From an uncultured Chloroflexia bacterium (GTDB taxonomy: Bacteria; Chloroflexota; Limnocylindria; Limnocylindrales; CSP1-4), in contig CAWEYL010000001.1 in NCBI GenBank assembly GCA_963813335.1, positions 1,152,001 to 1,216,000 of the forward strand: 64,000 nucleotides of DNA, in the 5' to 3' direction. This document shows positions 59,748 through 64,000 of the stretch, piece by piece (the first letter of the stretch is position 1; every line of letters starts with the position of its first letter). The translations under genes and the position numbers were made by a program. The notes under the pieces were generated by a model that was not told where the DNA came from, searched no databases, and saw only the letters and a program-made list of their open reading frames with translations.

Positions 59748-60734
59748 TCAGCCCGAGCGGCCGGCGGTCTCGGCCAGCGCCGCGGGGAGGCCGACGGCGA
59801 GCGATCGCGGGTCGAAGCCCAGCTCGGCGGCGGCGCGGGCCGCCGATGCCCAGTACGTCACGCCGACGGACGCGCTGACGATCTCGCGCAGGTTCGGCGA
59901 CAGTCCGAACCACGCCCCGCGGTCCGGGAAGAGGAAGGCGCCGATCCGCAGCGGAAGGTCCGGGATCTCCAGGCGCGGCAGGCGGTGCCCGCCGGCCTTG
60001 GCCGCGATCCGCAGCGCGTCGCGGATGCGCACGGTGTCCCCACCCAGGACGTAGCTGCGACCCGTGACGCCCCGGTCGAGCGCGGCGAGGATCCCGCGAG
60101 CGAGGTCCGCGACGTGGACGAACCCGATCCCCACCCCGCCCAGCCCGACGAACGGGAGCGTCCCGGCATACGCCTGCGCGAGCTGGTCGCCGACGGGCGT
60201 GTGGTCGCCGGGCCCGTAGACCTGCGACGGCATGACGATGAGGGCCGGCGCGCCGTCCGCGATGCGGCGCTCCACCTCGACGTGCGCGCGCCACTTGGTC
60301 TCGTCGTACCAGCTCAGGAAGCCGTCGGCCGGGTCGCGCCGGTACGTCTCGTCCACGACCGATCCGCGGGTGTTGCCGAAGACGTTGACCGTCGAGACAT
60401 AGACGATCCGAGGGATCCGGCTCGCCAGAGCCGCGTCGAGCGTCCGGACCGCGGTCCCCACGTTCGCATCCTCCATCGCGGGGCGCTCGGACGCCGCGAT
60501 CCCGACCCGGTACGAGCCGGCGCCATGGATCAGCGCGTCCGCGCCGGCCAGGGCGGCCGCGATCGCGGCAGGATCCGTCAGGTCGTTCGCGACGAGCGTC
60601 AGGCCGGGCGCTGCCGCCAGCCTCGGGCTCGCCGGGTCCCGCACGAGCGCGAGCACCTCGTCCCCGCGGGCGAGGAGCCGGCGGACGACCGCGCCACCGA
60701 CGAACCCCCCGCCGCCCGTGACCGCGACGCGCAT
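59748..60734 (-). CDS. NAD-dependent epimerase/dehydratase (extended SDR)
   Basis: [31 protein letters not shown]. Confidence 0.92.
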   Translation of the reverse strand: MRVAVTGGGGFVGGAVVRRLLARGDEVLALVRDPASPRLAAAPGLTLVANDLTDPAAIAAALAGADALIHGAGSYRVGIAASERPAMEDANVGTAVRTLDAALASRIPRIVYVSTVNVFGNTRGSVVDETYRRDPADGFLSWYDETKWRAHVEVERRIADGAPALIVMPSQVYGPGDHTPVGDQLAQAYAGTLPFVGLGGVGIGFVHVADLARGILAALDRGVTGRSYVLGGDTVRIRDALRIAAKAGGHRLPRLEIPDLPLRIGAFLFPDRGAWFGLSPNLREIVSASVGVTYWASAARAAAELGFDPRSLAVGLPAALAETAGRSG

Positions 60735-62108
60735 CAGTAGACGGGCGTGTCGGTCCCGACCGCTTCGAGCGCCGCCTTGATCACCCGCAGGAACGCCGCG
60801 GCCTGGGCGCCGTCGTTGGCCCGATGGTCGATGGCGAGGACCATGTTCATGACGGGCCGGATCGCGATGACGTCGCCATCGGGCGTCTCGCGGACGACGG
60901 GGCGCTTGGTGATGGCCTCCATCGTCAGGATGGCGACCTCGGGCACATTGATGATCGGCATCGTCAGGTTCGAGCCGAACCAGCCGGTGTTGTCGATGGT
61001 GAACGTGCTGCCGCCGTAGTCGTCGAGGCGGAGCTTGCCGGCGCGGGCGCGGGCCGCGACATCGGCGATGGCGTGGTTGAGGCCGTTGATGGAGAGCTGG
61101 TCGACGTCCCGCACCACCGGCACGAGCAGCCCGTCGTCCACCGCGACGGCCACGCCCATGTTGATGCGCCGCTTGGCCAGGATGCCCAGCGTCGGTCCAG
61201 TGGGCGTTGAACGTCGGGTACTGCTTGAGGGCGTCGACCGTGGCCTTGATCACGAACGGGACGAAGCTCAGCGAGAGGCCCTCGCGGGACTGGTAGTCGC
61301 GCTTCGCCGCCTCGCGCGCCCGCACGAGCCCGCTGGCATCGACCTCCATGTGGACGTAGGCGTGCGGGACCAGGAGCGCGCGCGTCATCTGGGCGGCGAT
61401 GCCCTTGCGCATCTGGGTCATCGGCAGGAGGAGCTCGTCCGTGCCGGGCGGGAAGGCGATCGCGCCACCGGCCGGTGCGGTCGCCTTCGGCGCGGCGACG
61501 GGGGCCGCAGCAGCGGCGGGCCGGCCGTTCGTGGCGGGCGTCGGCGCCGCGCCGCCGGTCCGGATGGTCTCGACCACGGCCAGGACATCGTCGCGGGTGA
61601 TCCGGCCGCCGCCGCCCGTGCCGGGGACCTGCTCAGGGCTGAGCCCGTGCTCGCGGAGGAGCCGCCGGACCGCTGGGGTCATGCGGGCGTCGGCGTCGCC
61701 GGTCGCGGCGAGCGTCGCCGCCGCGGCGAGGGGCGCCGGGGCCGGGACGACAGGCGCGGGGGCGGGCGCGGCGGTCGCCGCGACCGGCCGCTCGTCGGAT
61801 CCGGCGGGGCCGTGGGCCGGCTCCGGCGCGGTGGCTGCCGGCGCTGCGGTGGCTGCCGGCGCACCCGCCTCGTCGCCGGTGTCGATGATCGCGATCTCGG
61901 CCTCGTTGGGGACGGTCTCGCCCTCCTGGACCAGGATCTCCTTGAGGATGCCCTCGAACGGCGACGGGACCTCGGCGTTCACCTTGTCGGTGATGACCTC
62001 GAGCAGCGGCTCGTACTTGTCGACGTGGTCGCCGGGCTGCTTGAGCCATTTGCCGATCGTGCCCTCGGCGACGCTCTCGCCGAGCTGGGGCATCGTTACC
62101 TTGGCCAC
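60734..62108 (-). CDS. 2-oxoacid dehydrogenase E2, dihydrolipoamide acyltransferase; frameshift near 61190
   Basis: Lipoyl domain ITDKVNAEVPSP, E3-binding GTGGGGRITRDDV, catalytic DHRANDG. Confidence 0.93.
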
Positions 62109-62268
62109 GTTCGCTGGTCCTCCGAGTCGCGCGATCCGATCGAGGCCTCACGCCCCGGTCGTCCGCGTAGTGTCGCCCATCCGGGCATCCGCGGTCGAGC
62201 CGCCGCGGGGTGACGGCCCGTCCGGCCAGCGGGCATGATGCGCCGATGCACGTGGCGCGGGTCCCGGC

Positions 62269-64000
62269 ATGACGCGCTGGGGACGGACGATCGGGATCCG
62301 ACCCGGCGAGGGGCGGACGATCGTGCTCGTCGCATCGCTCTTCGCCGCCCTGGAGCTGGGCCGCGGCTTCGGGGAGATCGGCGTCGATACGCTCGTCGTC
62401 AAGCGCTTCGGGGCCGGCTCGCTGCCCTACCTGTTCATCGGGCTCGGGAGCGTCAGCCTCGTTGCCTCGCTCGTCTACGGCGGGGCGCTCGGCCGGCTGC
62501 CGAGGATCCGGCTCTTCAGCGGGATCATGATCGGGGCCGCCATCGCGTTGGTCGTCGAGCGGGTCCTCATCGAGACCGGGCACCCCGCGACGCTGGCCCT
62601 CGCCTATCTGACGGTCTATGCCGTCGGCGCTATCGCGGTGACGATCGTCTGGACGATGGCCGCATCGGTCTTCGACGCCCGCCAGGCCAAGCGGCTCTTC
62701 CCGCTGTGCACCGCCGCGGCGATCGCCGGCAGCTTCTTTGGCACGCTCCTGTCCGGCCCGACGGCGCGGGCACTCGGAACGCCGGCGCTGCTCGTCATCG
62801 AGGCGGTGCTGCTGACCGCGGTCGGGCTGCTGGTCGTGGCGGTCTCGCGGACGACCACCGTCCGGGTCCCGCCGCGCGGGCGCGACCGGTCGATCGTCGC
62901 CGACCTGCGCGCCGGCTTCGACGCGGTCGTCCGCTCGCCGCTGATGCGCCTCGTGGCGGTGGCGTACGTGCTGCTGGCGATCCTCGGGTCGTCCGTCACC
63001 TACCCGTTCCTGCGCGTCGCGTCCGAGACGTTCACGACGGAGGCCGACCTCGCGACCGCGCTCGGCCTCCTGTCGGCGAGCGTGACCGCGACCTCGTTCG
63101 TGGTCTCGCTGCTGGTCGCCAACCGCGTCTACGCGCGGATCGGCGTCGCCGGCGCGGCCATGGTCCTGCCGCTGGTCTACCTCGGCGGGTTCGGCTTGTG
63201 GATCGTGGCGTTCTCGATGGCCACCGCCGCCCTCTTCCGGTTCACGCAGCAGACCGCGCAGCGCGGCCTCTCGAACGCGGCCTGGAGCGCCTTCTACAAC
63301 GTCGTGCCGTCCGAGCGCCGCGCGCAGGTCCTCGCCTTCAACGACGGTGTGCCCGGGCAGGTCGGGACGATCCTCTCGGGCGTCCTGCTGATCGCGGCCG
63401 GCTCCGTCCTGGCCCGCGACCAGGTCTTCTGGCTGGGCGCCGTCACCGCGGTCGCCTGCACGGTGGTCGGCGTCGGGATCCGGCGGCGCTACGGGGCGAG
63501 CCTGCTGCAGACCCTGCGGGCCGGGCTCGGGGAGCAGGTCCTCGAAGGCGGCCCGGGCCTGGCCGCGCTCACCCGCGATCCCGCCGTCGCCGGCGCGCTC
63601 GTCACTGCGCTCGGCGCGCCGGAGCCGGGCGTGCGCCGGATGGCCGCGTCGCTGCTCGGCCGGACCGCAGCGACGGACGCCGGGGCGGCGCTTGCCGGCG
63701 CGGCGGCGGACGAGGACGCCGGGGTCCGGGTCGCCGCCCTGGGCGCCATCGCGGCCCTCGGCGGTGACGGGCTGGTGGCGGAAGCCGTCCGCGGCCGCCT
63801 GGCCGATTCGGAGCCGGCGGTCCGCGCGGCCGCCGTGCGGGCGTTGACGGCGATCGCCGTGCTCGCCGACGACCCGGCGGGCGCCGTGCCCGCGGTCACC
63901 GGCCTGGCCGACGACCACGACCCGGCGGTCCGCGCGGCGGTGGCCTGCTCGATGCTGGCGGCGGGACCGGACGAGACCTCCCTGCGGATCATCGACGAGC
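62269..64000 (+). CDS. Npt/TLC-like MFS transporter fused to HEAT repeats; runs off the window edge
   Basis: GIRPGEG, FDARQAKRLFPL, about 12 TMs, then HEAT-like repeats ([33 protein letters not shown]). Confidence 0.85.
   Translation, partial: MTRWGRTIGIRPGEGRTIVLVASLFAALELGRGFGEIGVDTLVVKRFGAGSLPYLFIGLGSVSLVASLVYGGALGRLPRIRLFSGIMIGAAIALVVERVLIETGHPATLALAYLTVYAVGAIAVTIVWTMAASVFDARQAKRLFPLCTAAAIAGSFFGTLLSGPTARALGTPALLVIEAVLLTAVGLLVVAVSRTTTVRVPPRGRDRSIVADLRAGFDAVVRSPLMRLVAVAYVLLAILGSSVTYPFLRVASETFTTEADLATALGLLSASVTATSFVVSLLVANRVYARIGVAGAAMVLPLVYLGGFGLWIVAFSMATAALFRFTQQTAQRGLSNAAWSAFYNVVPSERRAQVLAFNDGVPGQVGTILSGVLLIAAGSVLARDQVFWLGAVTAVACTVVGVGIRRRYGASLLQTLRAGLGEQVLEGGPGLAALTRDPAVAGALVTALGAPEPGVRRMAASLLGRTAATDAGAALAGAAADEDAGVRVAALGAIAALGGDGLVAEAVRGRLADSEPAVRAAAVRALTAIAVLADDPAGAVPAVTGLADDHDPAVRAAVACSMLAAGPDETSLRIIDE

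Overview
Very GC-rich bacterial chromosomal segment; gene content and style suggest Chloroflexota, possibly Limnocylindria-like (inference, not proven). It holds about 55 CDSs, mostly housekeeping or metabolic: methylmalonyl-CoA mutase, ABC transporters, GNATs, an ECF sigma coupled to an Ogt/Ada protein, two acyl-CoA dehydrogenases, a complete kdp locus with a split KdpD, an orphan amino-DNA methyltransferase, DUF1611 plus dipeptide epimerase, an 8-gene ABC/MoxR/DUF58/VWA operon, a sortase, lipA and a 2-oxoacid dehydrogenase E2. There are two tRNAs (Arg-TCT, Glu-CTC). At least nine genes carry single-base frameshifts that look like long-read indel errors. No integrase, transposase or CRISPR array was seen. 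The strongest unexplained signal is a 61-bp element at 32750-32810: three phased DnaA boxes abutting two GAAC-N4-GTTC LexA boxes upstream of a small unknown gene, resembling the logic of a replication/DNA-damage checkpoint. Other notable signals are a promoter- and terminator-bounded ~230-nt structured ncRNA candidate (1819-2050), pervasive leaderless-type -10 boxes, and an ECF sigma/Ogt-Ada pair.
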